A DNA stretch of 16,762 nt. Source: Candidatus Bathyarchaeia archaeon. Lineage in GTDB: Archaea > Thermoproteota > Bathyarchaeia > Bathyarchaeales > Bathycorpusculaceae. The position numbers were made by a program, and so were the translations under genes. The first letter of the stretch is position 1. Every line of letters starts with the position of its first letter. The notes under the pieces are model-generated. The model was not told the origin of the DNA and made no database searches. It worked only from the letters and a program-made list of their open reading frames with translations. This document shows, piece after piece, positions 1 to 7,604 of this stretch. The stretch lies in contig JBEKKX010000047.1 of assembly GCA_050010515.1 (NCBI GenBank), forward strand, positions 1 to 16,762, in the 5' to 3' direction.

Positions 1-59
1 CAACCCTGCAGCCTCTTCTTTATAATCCACGCTTTCAGCTGATCTAAATCTCTATCCAA
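1..59 (-). CDS. Partial ORF (N-terminus only, runs off the window); possibly the HTH N-terminus of an IS481-like transposase
   Basis: TTG at 59 reads MDRDLDQLKAWIIKKRLQG..., open to the window edge, with purine-rich GGAAAGGG upstream. It lies about 60 bp inside a TGT-initiated IS-end-like sequence. Only 19 aa are visible, so the family call is recollection/inference. Confidence 0.35.
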   Translation of the reverse strand, partial: MDRDLDQLKAWIIKKRLQG

Positions 60-107
60 GCCCTTTCCACTCTTACGGTAGTATTAAGACGCGAGAGTGT
101 AAGGCAT

Positions 108-138
108 TTTCTAGATAGAACATTGTTCTATCTAGAAA
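108..138. repeat. Perfect inverted repeat with 15-bp arms and a 1-bp spacer (TTTCTAGATAGAACA-t-TGTTCTATCTAGAAA)
   Basis: Checked base by base: 108-122 is the exact reverse complement of 124-138. Confidence 0.95.
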
Positions 139-146
139 TCTTGACT

Positions 147-161
147 AAAAAAGCTTTTATC
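147..161 (+). promoter_or_regulatory. Putative archaeal BRE/TATA promoter
   Basis: AAAAAAGC-TTTTAT about 27-32 nt upstream of the ATG at 187, the usual archaeal spacing for a short or leaderless transcript. Confidence 0.5.
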
Positions 162-186
162 GTAAACGCAGGCTAGGTAAAGTTGG

Positions 187-282
187 ATGAGTATGAGCAA
201 AAGTTTCGCGTCAGTGTTTGCACTATTCTTTTTCTTGCCTGTTCTTTTTGCGGAACACTCTGTTCTCTGGGGAGAGCTATAA
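187..282 (+). pseudogene. Signal-peptide-like stub ORF (31 aa)
   Basis: Translates MSMSKSFASVFALFFFLPVLFAEHSVLWGEL*: a basic residue plus hydrophobic core, then an early stop, directly behind the TATA box. Confidence 0.4.
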
Positions 283-318
283 GCATGCTCATGGCAAGTA
301 TTATGTGGGCAGCGGTGT

Positions 319-465
319 ATGTTAGCCTCTGTTAGAAGAACAAGCTTGGCAATCATCATTTTTGCATTGTCACTATCAGCGATAGCTGGAACACTACCAG
401 TGCATCCCGCTATTGAGGATTCATGGGTGTCGAAGACGGCGATGCATCGAGGGCAAATAACATGA
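319..465 (+). pseudogene. Truncated secreted-protein stub (48 aa), signal peptide plus the probable first Kelch-repeat strand
   Basis: MLASVRRTSLAIIIFALSLSAIAGTLPVHPAIEDSWVSKTAMHRGQIT*. EDSWVSKTAMH resembles the SWxxKAPM entry of Kelch repeats. The stop overlaps the ATG at 462 (ATGA). Confidence 0.5.
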
Positions 466-2240
466 AAAAAACCGCTGTTCTCGCCTTAATTCTCATCAGC
501 CTAACAGCATTGTGCATAACTGCCGATAAACCAGCTAAAGCGCAACTTACAAAAATTATTGTTCCAGATGATTACCCAACTATAACCGCTGCTATAGGAA
601 ACGCAACAAATGGCGACATGATACTTGTAAGGTCGGGAACGTATAATGAGCAGTCACTGGAGACGAATAAGACTATATCATTAATAGGTGAAGGCTTAGC
701 CAGTACCATAATTAACTTAAATCCTCCCAGTCTTCCTGTATACATTCTGGGACAATATGTAGGCAATGTTGCAACTGCCATTGCATTTAATGCCAACAAT
801 GTTGTTATTTCAGGTTTTACAATAAACAGTTATGGGGGTATGTCTGTTACGGGAAATAATGCAGTCATTATTGGCAACACAATTAATGATTATGCCCAGT
901 ACTGGTTTACCGTAACTGGGAATTATGAAACTATATCAAACAATACGTCAAACACAGTTATCCATGTCTGTTGCTCTTATTCGAGCATTTCTGCAAATAG
1001 TGGAACAGGAGCTATTACAGTTGATGACTTTGGTTCTTTCAATAGCGTTTTTGAAAATAACATGAAAGGCATTGGAGGAGCAAGCGAAAGTAGTTCAAAC
1101 CTATACTACGGAAATATTGTAAATGGTGGCAGCGGTATGTATGCAATGCTTAACGATATTGTCGCTAACAACACCATAACTGACTGTACTCAGGGCATTA
1201 ATATAGAAATGGGCTCAAACAACCTCATAATCGGAAATACTATTACAGATAATTCTGGACCTGCTCTTGCAACGGTGGGCTATGTAGAGGGTAGTTTAAC
1301 GAATTGCGGGTTAAATAACACCTTCTTTGCGAATTACGTGGCAAACAACGCTTTAGGAATACTTGTAGATACTTTTAACGAATGGCATAGTGGCAATTTC
1401 ACTGTTTACGACAATGATTTCATCAATAATACTCAGCAAGCACAAGTAATTGTCTCAAGTTCTTCGACTTATTGGAACTACGTTGAGCAAGGCGGTCCAT
1501 GGAGTGACTATTGGAACTCCAGTGAACAAGGTAACTACTGGAGCGACTACAATGGAACAAGCACAAACGGTGACGGGATAGGTGACACGCCTTACTACGT
1601 TGGCGGTAGTGAATTTGATTATTATCCGCTTATGTCGCCCTTCAATATTTCCAGTATTCAAATACCTCTACCTCCATGGGCAGATGTTACATTACCAAGT
1701 CCGCTGCCAATACCTTCCTTTCCACCATCACCATTAGCCTCGCAAACGCCAACACCCACGACTGTGCTGGCGACAACAGATAATGGCTCAACAGTTAATC
1801 TTGCAATCAGCGGAAACATAACCAGCACCCAGATGTCCAACGTCACAATCACAACAAACCCGTCCGCCAAAACAACAACGGTGTCTTTTACCGTCACAGG
1901 GGAAAGCGGCACCACAGGCTTCAGCAACATAACCATCCCCAAAAGTGCGGTACCCTACGGAACAACACCGACAATTTATATTGACGGCCAAACAGCGCAA
2001 GACCAAGGCTACACCCAAGACAGCAACAACTACTACGTATGGTACACAACCCACTTCAGCACACATACAATATCAATCGTATTTACCACAACACTCTCTC
2101 CAACATCTTCGCCAACGCTTTCGTCCACTCAGGAGCCTTTTCCAATTGTAGCTGTCGCTGCTGTTTCAGGAGCATTAGCGGTTGTTGTGGTTGTGGTAGG
2201 TGCTGGTTTGTTTGTCTACTTCAAGAAACACAAGCGCTGA
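462..2240 (+). CDS. Secreted, C-terminally membrane-anchored right-handed beta-helix (NosD/CASH, pectin-lyase-like) surface protein
   Basis: Signal peptide MKKTAVLALILISL...PAKA, so the start at 462 is preferred over 423. Also IVPDDYPTITAAI, Asn/Gly-rich NNxIxxNTI repeats, the GNYWSDYNG...DGIGDTPY motif, a Pro/Ser/Thr linker, a Thr-rich beta domain, and a hydrophobic TM followed by a KKHKR tail. Confidence 0.85.
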   Translation: MKKTAVLALILISLTALCITADKPAKAQLTKIIVPDDYPTITAAIGNATNGDMILVRSGTYNEQSLETNKTISLIGEGLASTIINLNPPSLPVYILGQYVGNVATAIAFNANNVVISGFTINSYGGMSVTGNNAVIIGNTINDYAQYWFTVTGNYETISNNTSNTVIHVCCSYSSISANSGTGAITVDDFGSFNSVFENNMKGIGGASESSSNLYYGNIVNGGSGMYAMLNDIVANNTITDCTQGINIEMGSNNLIIGNTITDNSGPALATVGYVEGSLTNCGLNNTFFANYVANNALGILVDTFNEWHSGNFTVYDNDFINNTQQAQVIVSSSSTYWNYVEQGGPWSDYWNSSEQGNYWSDYNGTSTNGDGIGDTPYYVGGSEFDYYPLMSPFNISSIQIPLPPWADVTLPSPLPIPSFPPSPLASQTPTPTTVLATTDNGSTVNLAISGNITSTQMSNVTITTNPSAKTTTVSFTVTGESGTTGFSNITIPKSAVPYGTTPTIYIDGQTAQDQGYTQDSNNYYVWYTTHFSTHTISIVFTTTLSPTSSPTLSSTQEPFPIVAVAAVSGALAVVVVVVGAGLFVYFKKHKR

Positions 2241-2282
2241 AAATTGAGTTGCGCATTTTTTATTGTTACAAAATTAAAAAAA

Positions 2283-2513
2283 CTAATACAAGTTACGTGC
2301 TTCTTTTCTTTTCTCTGCTTCTTCGTAGAAGCGCAGAACTTCATCTATTATTTCGACGTTAGAGAGCAGCATTCGTCTGCAACAGTATCGTTTCAAGCCT
2401 AAGCTGTCTAGGATGTCGCTTGCGTTCTCGCCTGTTTTGATTCGCCTTGTGAACTCGTCCCATTGGTCTCCAACCAGTTTGCCGCATGTGAAGCATCTTA
2501 CGGGAATAATCAT
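2283..2513 (-). CDS. rpoN: DNA-directed RNA polymerase subunit N (Rpo10)
   Basis: [12 protein letters not shown]...RYCCRRM signature; follows rps9. Confidence 0.98.
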   Translation of the reverse strand: MIIPVRCFTCGKLVGDQWDEFTRRIKTGENASDILDSLGLKRYCCRRMLLSNVEIIDEVLRFYEEAEKRKEARNLY

Positions 2514-2528
2514 TTGTTTTTTTCCACC

Positions 2529-2939
2529 TTACCTGTAACTTTTCTGTTCTTTTGCTCGCGCGCCTGCTCCGCCGACCTTTTTGGTTTCTTTAGTTCGGGA
2601 GTCTCCGGCAATCATTGTTCTGTCATATTCGCTAAAGACTGTGCGTAAATGAGTGCTTTTCGTCCATTTCAGAAGTGCATTCGCAACCGCCATTCGCGCG
2701 GCTTCTGCCTGTCCCATGTAGCCTCCACCGCTGGTTTTAACGTCCATGTCTAGTTGCTGCCAGATGTCTCCGCCTGCTTGCAGTAGAGGCTCCATTATTT
2801 TTGCGCGAGCGATGTCTGGTTCGTAAATTTCAACTGGAGTCATGTTTATTCGTACTTTGCCTACGCCCTGTTTAACTATGGCGCGGGCGACTGCTGTTTT
2901 TCTTTTTCCACTAACTACTAAAACCTTTTTTGCTGGCAT
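2529..2939 (-). CDS. rps9: 30S ribosomal protein S9 (uS9)
   Basis: SGKRKTAVARA, GGGYMGQAEAAR, GAGARAKEQKSYR. Confidence 0.98.
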   Translation of the reverse strand: MPAKKVLVVSGKRKTAVARAIVKQGVGKVRINMTPVEIYEPDIARAKIMEPLLQAGGDIWQQLDMDVKTSGGGYMGQAEAARMAVANALLKWTKSTHLRTVFSEYDRTMIAGDSRTKETKKVGGAGARAKEQKSYR

Positions 2940-2941
2940 AA

Positions 2942-3391
2942 TTATTTCATCCTATCGTTCCATCCAATTTCTTTTGCCATTTCTCCAAGAGTGAAATGTG
3001 GCCCTTTAAGATTGGCAGATGAAGCTTCTGTGAAAGTAATCATTTCTTGGTCTTTAAGCTCTAAGGGGATGCCCATGAATACTTTGAGTCGTTTATAGGC
3101 GCTTTTGCCTTTAGGCTGCTTATACGGAACCATTCCTCTTACGGCTTTTCGCAGGAAGCGGTCTGGTCTTCGGTAGTGAAATGGACCGCGTTCTGGTGCG
3201 CCTACTTCAAGGAAGATGTGGGCTTCTGCCACTTTGCTTTTCTTTTTGCCTGAGAACACGGCTTTTTCAGCGTTAAGGATGATAACTTCTTCTCCGTTTA
3301 GTAATCTTTTGGCAACTTTACTGCACATTCTGCCAACTATTAATCCTTCAGCGTTTACCAGTGTGACAGGGGCTTTTTTTGTTGCTTGCAT
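2942..3391 (-). CDS. rpl13: 50S ribosomal protein L13 (uL13)
   Basis: GLIVGRMCSKVAKRLL, RGPFHYRRPD, VRGMVPYK. The ATG at 3391 after a GGTGA SD is preferred to the GTG at 3400. Confidence 0.97.
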   Translation of the reverse strand: MQATKKAPVTLVNAEGLIVGRMCSKVAKRLLNGEEVIILNAEKAVFSGKKKSKVAEAHIFLEVGAPERGPFHYRRPDRFLRKAVRGMVPYKQPKGKSAYKRLKVFMGIPLELKDQEMITFTEASSANLKGPHFTLGEMAKEIGWNDRMK

Positions 3392-3396
3392 TTTTT

Positions 3397-3759
3397 TCAC
3401 CGAATAATCTTTATTTTTGCGCCCGTTGGATTTTTCTTTAAAAGCTCAGGGATTGAAAGATATTTTGCTTTGGCAGCAACAAGTTTTGCCTTCGCTTTCT
3501 CAGAAGCACCAAATGACGCCACTGTTACCGCATGGTTTATGCTGCCTGACCCCAAGATTTTGCCGGGAACAACTACTACATCGCTTCTTTTAGTGTTCCT
3601 GTTTATTCTGCTCAGGTTAACGGAGATACGTTGACTCCGCGACTTGGCTAAATGATCAGCCACGTCTAGCCAGATGCCTGCTTGTTTTTCTCTGCTCTCT
3701 TTCTTTAGAAGACGAATAAGCTGGATTAATTCTGGGTTTGTTGTTTTGGTTTCTCTCAT
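3397..3759 (-). CDS. rpl18e: 50S ribosomal protein L18e (eL18)
   Basis: KTTNPEL, VNLSRINR, VVVPGKILGSG; canonical position between rpoD and rpl13. Confidence 0.97.
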   Translation of the reverse strand: MRETKTTNPELIQLIRLLKKESREKQAGIWLDVADHLAKSRSQRISVNLSRINRNTKRSDVVVVPGKILGSGSINHAVTVASFGASEKAKAKLVAAKAKYLSIPELLKKNPTGAKIKIIR

Positions 3760-4571
3760 TGTTGTTCAGCCTTTACTAATTCTTCAACTTCGTTTAATTG
3801 TTTGCCCAACGTTTTGGTGGCTTCTCTGAGGATACGTTCTGGAGGAAGCGCACCTGTTGATTCAATGTTCATTATGAAAGCATTCTTTTCCCATTCAACC
3901 TTCAGCGGTGACGGCTTTTGTGGGCAAGCTTCAACACAGTCCATGCAAAGGTTGCATGCTAAGAGGTCTCTTACATCAACTTTCTCGTCTTTAATGACGA
4001 GCACTTTCTTGGGGCAGATGTCTACGCATTTTGCGCAGTCTTCACATTTCTCTGTTGGAGTGGTTATTTGTGGGAAATACTTGTAAGCGCACATTGAAGT
4101 TGGCTGCCACTTGGCGTGAGTTTTGCCTCTTCCGAGCCGGGCGTAGGCTTCAAGTTTTAATTTTTGGTTTTTAGCCAGCTTTACTATTGGGATTTTGTCT
4201 GATACGGGGATGATTTCTGGGTTTTCTGATATGATTTCTCCTGAATAAACTGTTCTTGTTCCGTCCTTTGCTTCAGCATCCAGCGTAAGCGTCACTCGGC
4301 ATTGCGGGCAGCCGAATTCGCTTTGGCATTGGCATACTTCAGGAAGATTGTAAGTGTCCAAGTCAGTTTTCAGTGGCGTTAGCCCTAGCCGATGGGCAAT
4401 TATTTCATCCTGCAAAATTGAGGAATTTTCTATCATGACAACTTCATCAATTGCCATGGTGGGCACCTCAGCAAGTGCTATTCGACGCAGAGCGTTCATT
4501 AACGGAACATCCACTTCTCTGACGATTATGCGGAGGTTGTTATCGTTTTTTTCAAGGATTTCTATTTTCAC
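3756..4571 (-). CDS. rpoD: DNA-directed RNA polymerase subunit D (Rpo3) with ferredoxin-like domain
   Basis: NALRRIALAEVPTMAID, NSSILQDEIIAHRLGL, GKTHAKWQP, and two CxxCxxCxxxCP motifs. Confidence 0.98.
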   Translation of the reverse strand: MKIEILEKNDNNLRIIVREVDVPLMNALRRIALAEVPTMAIDEVVMIENSSILQDEIIAHRLGLTPLKTDLDTYNLPEVCQCQSEFGCPQCRVTLTLDAEAKDGTRTVYSGEIISENPEIIPVSDKIPIVKLAKNQKLKLEAYARLGRGKTHAKWQPTSMCAYKYFPQITTPTEKCEDCAKCVDICPKKVLVIKDEKVDVRDLLACNLCMDCVEACPQKPSPLKVEWEKNAFIMNIESTGALPPERILREATKTLGKQLNEVEELVKAEQQ

Positions 4572-4656
4572 TTGCTAAGACACTCCAATAATGCGTTCAA
4601 TAAAGATATAGGTGCATTATTTCAATTTTTCTGTTAATAAAGAAGGGAAATTGAGA

Positions 4657-5061
4657 TTAGACTCTTCTTCCTCTTCTGCCACCAGGCCTTCTCGTGCCGT
4701 CATGGGGAATAGGTGTAACTTCTTCAATACGTTCAATACGGAAACCAAACCTTGCCAATGCACGTATGGCTGCTTGAGCACCTGGCCCCGGAGTTCTTGG
4801 TCCCGAACCGCCTGGCGCTCGCACCTTAATGTGGATGGCTGTTATTCCTTTATCCCGAGCTACCTCAGCTGCGCCGGTTGCTGCGCGCATAGCAGCGTAC
4901 GGTGATGATTCCATGCGGTCTGCTTTCACGAACATACCGCCGCTTGTGCGAGCGATTGTTTCTGCGCCTGAAATGTCAGTTATGTGAATTAGCGTGTTAT
5001 TGTAGGAGCTGAAGATGTGGACAATTGCCCATTTCTCGTTTCGTTTGTTGCCGGCGCTCAA
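4657..5061 (-). CDS. rps11: 30S ribosomal protein S11 (uS11)
   Basis: [35 protein letters not shown]. Confidence 0.98.
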   Translation of the reverse strand: MSAGNKRNEKWAIVHIFSSYNNTLIHITDISGAETIARTSGGMFVKADRMESSPYAAMRAATGAAEVARDKGITAIHIKVRAPGGSGPRTPGPGAQAAIRALARFGFRIERIEEVTPIPHDGTRRPGGRRGRRV

Positions 5062-5645
5062 AATCTGCCGCCTCTTCCGCCTCTTCTGCCTCTGGCAGGC
5101 TGCCTGATTTCTGGTTGTTTAGCTACGACTGTTAATCCGACGCGTAACGGGTGAGCTTGGTTTGCAACTGCACTCTCTGGGGAATAGATGACTTTTGTTT
5201 CATCCGCTTTAGGCACTAAGTAGCCAGGAATTGTTACTCGGCGGTCATCTATAGTTACGTGTCCATGATTGATTAGTTGGCGTGATTGGAAGATTGTTCT
5301 TGCTAAGCCTTTGCGGAAAACGATTGTTTGAAGCCTGCGTTCTAAGATGTCTTCGATTGTTAAGTCTAAAACGTTGTCCAACACGGCGGTTTCTTGTAGA
5401 ATGCCTAGTTTTTTAAGTTTTGCAAGCTGCTCGTTTTCCATTTTTGCGCGTTCTTCAGGAGTTTTACTGATAAGTGATCGGGCGATGCCTCTGGTTTTTG
5501 ACAGAGTGGTTTTAAGACGCCAGAGTTCATGCTTGTTTCTTAAGCCATATTGACCTACTAGTTTGAGCTCTTCTTGAAGGATGTCTTTGCGCCATCGAAA
5601 TCGGGGAGTATCAAATTTCTTACGTTGCTTCTTTGGATCTCCCAT
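5058..5645 (-). CDS. rps4: 30S ribosomal protein S4 (uS4)
   Basis: [39 protein letters not shown]. Confidence 0.98.
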   Translation of the reverse strand: MGDPKKQRKKFDTPRFRWRKDILQEELKLVGQYGLRNKHELWRLKTTLSKTRGIARSLISKTPEERAKMENEQLAKLKKLGILQETAVLDNVLDLTIEDILERRLQTIVFRKGLARTIFQSRQLINHGHVTIDDRRVTIPGYLVPKADETKVIYSPESAVANQAHPLRVGLTVVAKQPEIRQPARGRRGGRGGRF

Positions 5646-5647
5646 GT

Positions 5648-6139
5648 TTATTTGCCTCCTTCAGCGGCTGGTGCTCCACCAGGCTTCTGCAGCAAAGTCT
5701 TCTTTTTGACTCCTAAGGCTTTGCCAGCTCTTCCAGTAGTTTTTGTTCTTTGCCCACGAACTTTCAGGCCGTAAGCATGGCGGTATCCACGCCAAGACCT
5801 GATTTCTTTGGCTTCATCAATATCCATTTTTGTTCTCAAAACTAGGTCAGCGCTTAAAAGGTGCATATCTTTGCCTGTTACCGAATCTTTTCGCCTGTTA
5901 AAAAGCCAAGTTGGCAGGCTATATTTTGCTGGATCTCTGATAACATCCTCTATTTTTGATATGTCTGATTCTGCTAAGAAGCCTACTCGCAAGTCAGGGT
6001 TTACTCCTGCTTTTTTCAGGATTGCGTTTGAGAGGCTCATGCTTACACCTTTCACTTGCGCTACCGCGTAAGAAGCCTTAAGGGTACCTTGAACGTCTGT
6101 ACCCATAATACGAAGTATATAGCGATATTCCTGTGACAT
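5648..6139 (-). CDS. rps13: 30S ribosomal protein S13 (uS13)
   Basis: [33 protein letters not shown]. Confidence 0.98.
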   Translation of the reverse strand: MSQEYRYILRIMGTDVQGTLKASYAVAQVKGVSMSLSNAILKKAGVNPDLRVGFLAESDISKIEDVIRDPAKYSLPTWLFNRRKDSVTGKDMHLLSADLVLRTKMDIDEAKEIRSWRGYRHAYGLKVRGQRTKTTGRAGKALGVKKKTLLQKPGGAPAAEGGK

Positions 6140-6194
6140 GTTAAATTTTCATCCGTTTTTAAACTTTGAAGCATATACGAAATGAGACAGTATT

Positions 6195-6210
6195 TATTTA
6201 AACCTTTTTG
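6195..6210 (-). promoter_or_regulatory. BRE/TATA promoter of the rps13 operon
   Basis: Minus strand CAAAAAGG-TTTAAATA about 55 nt upstream of the rps13 start. Confidence 0.65.
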
Positions 6211-6328
6211 ACCCGAAGACAACATCAACCGTCAATCAGCAACTCAGATTATTGCGTTCTCCATGGCAGTTTTGTTTTAGCAAGCGAAATGTAAATACCA
6301 ATCGCATGTAAACTATAGCAACAAGAAC

Positions 6329-6586
6329 ATGATGGACATCATAACAATAATTGGTTTAACCGCCGCTGCATTCACCACAATCGCGCTTTTCCCACAGTTA
6401 ATCAAGGTTTGGAAAACCAAATCAACCAGAGACATCTCAACCGGAATGTTCTCGCTGTATTGCTGTGGCGTGTTCTTATGGTTTGTTTACGGAGTTTACC
6501 TGAATAATTCGCCGATTATTATTGCAAATTCTTTAGCTTTCGTCCAAGGCATCATAATACTAATATTCAAAGCAAAATACAAATGA
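6329..6586 (+). CDS. SemiSWEET / PQ-loop (MtN3) family transporter
   Basis: 85 aa with three hydrophobic helices, TTIALFPQLIKVWKTKSTRDIS, W-x2-YG and a conserved Asn (IIANS). Confidence 0.92.
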   Translation: MMDIITIIGLTAAAFTTIALFPQLIKVWKTKSTRDISTGMFSLYCCGVFLWFVYGVYLNNSPIIIANSLAFVQGIIILIFKAKYK

Positions 6587-6860
6587 ACAATTACTTAACA
6601 AAAACTTTGAAAAGAAAAACAGGTTAATTAAACATTTAGAGGTTAGAAACTTCGATGTTTACAGAGTACATTAAGGCGCTATAATGGTCTCGGTAAGCTG
6701 GAAACTCTAGGCGGGATAGGGTATCAATTTAGCAATTGAATTTCTCAAGCAAAATTGAAAGTAGAGGGGGATGAGTAGGCTATTTGCTCAATGGTTCAAG
6801 CCGCAAAACTCCTTCAGATACCCGCGGCTATAAACTTGCCCCAAGCTGTTAGTCCAATAA

Positions 6861-7118
6861 CTATGCGCGCTCAACAACATCTATCACGTTAATTGCTGAG
6901 TTTATCCATCTCAAATAAGCATTCAACGTTGAACGCAAAGCAACCGTGTCCTCAGCTTCAACCGTTAACAAAAGAAACGAGTCGTCTTTTACTAATTTTA
7001 CCGCAGAGCGTCTTGTTACTGACGCCCCAGCTTCTGGCATTAAAGCATTAAGAAGCGTTGTTAATTGTTTGTCTGAAGAGAATTTTAAGCGTACAGTAGC
7101 CTTTGCCCTAATTGCCAT
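6861..7118 (-). CDS. pcc1: KEOPS complex subunit Pcc1
   Basis: ALMPE...EAEDTVALRSTLNAYLRWI motif; typical position downstream of rpl37ae in the exosome superoperon. Confidence 0.9.
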   Translation of the reverse strand: MAIRAKATVRLKFSSDKQLTTLLNALMPEAGASVTRRSAVKLVKDDSFLLLTVEAEDTVALRSTLNAYLRWINSAINVIDVVERA

Positions 7119-7269
7119 TCAGCATTCCCATTGCTAAAAAGGAAGTGGAATTAATAAACAAAATTGGCCTCTCCCTACCCTCTTTTTGCTACTGAAGCGA
7201 CCGAGCAAAAAGTATACCCCTTAAGCACTATTGAAGCAATTTCAACAAAAAATGAAATGAAAGAAAAGT

Positions 7270-7599
7270 TTAGTCGGTTTCTTCTTCGGTTGCCGGGTTA
7301 ACAGCTTCAGCTTTTGCTGCTTCTTTTGTGGCTTCCTCCACGGTCAAACCTTTAGCTGCACGCTTAGCCACAACACCCAGCTTAGTTGTTGGAGTGTAAG
7401 CTCCACCTGCGAAAGTGAAGCTGCATTTGCTGCATTTCCAAACGCCGACGCTTTCACGCTTCACGCGTACAAAGCCGCAGCTTGGGCATTTGTGCGGTCT
7501 TTTGAGTTCGGTGATTACTTTCATATAGCGTTTCCTAACTGTGGCACCGTAACGTGGACCTAAACCTCGTGTTGGACCGACTTTCTTTGTCTTCGGCAA
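7270..7599 (-). CDS. rpl37ae: 50S ribosomal protein L37ae (eL43) with acidic C-terminal extension
   Basis: TKKVG...GPRYG, CPSC...GVWKCSKC, FAGGAYTP. The TTG at 7599 after GGTGA is preferred; 7608 and 7611 are alternatives. Confidence 0.96.
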   Translation of the reverse strand: MPKTKKVGPTRGLGPRYGATVRKRYMKVITELKRPHKCPSCGFVRVKRESVGVWKCSKCSFTFAGGAYTPTTKLGVVAKRAAKGLTVEEATKEAAKAEAVNPATEEETD

Positions 7600-7604
7600 C
7601 TTTT

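Noticed and set aside
132-359. 75-aa minus-strand ORF
   Set aside because: No motif; antisense to the promoter and the signal-peptide stubs.
423-461. Longer start for the beta-helix gene (MGVEDGD...)
   Set aside because: The acidic leader precedes a clean signal peptide starting at 462; these bases fit the Kelch-like stub frame better.
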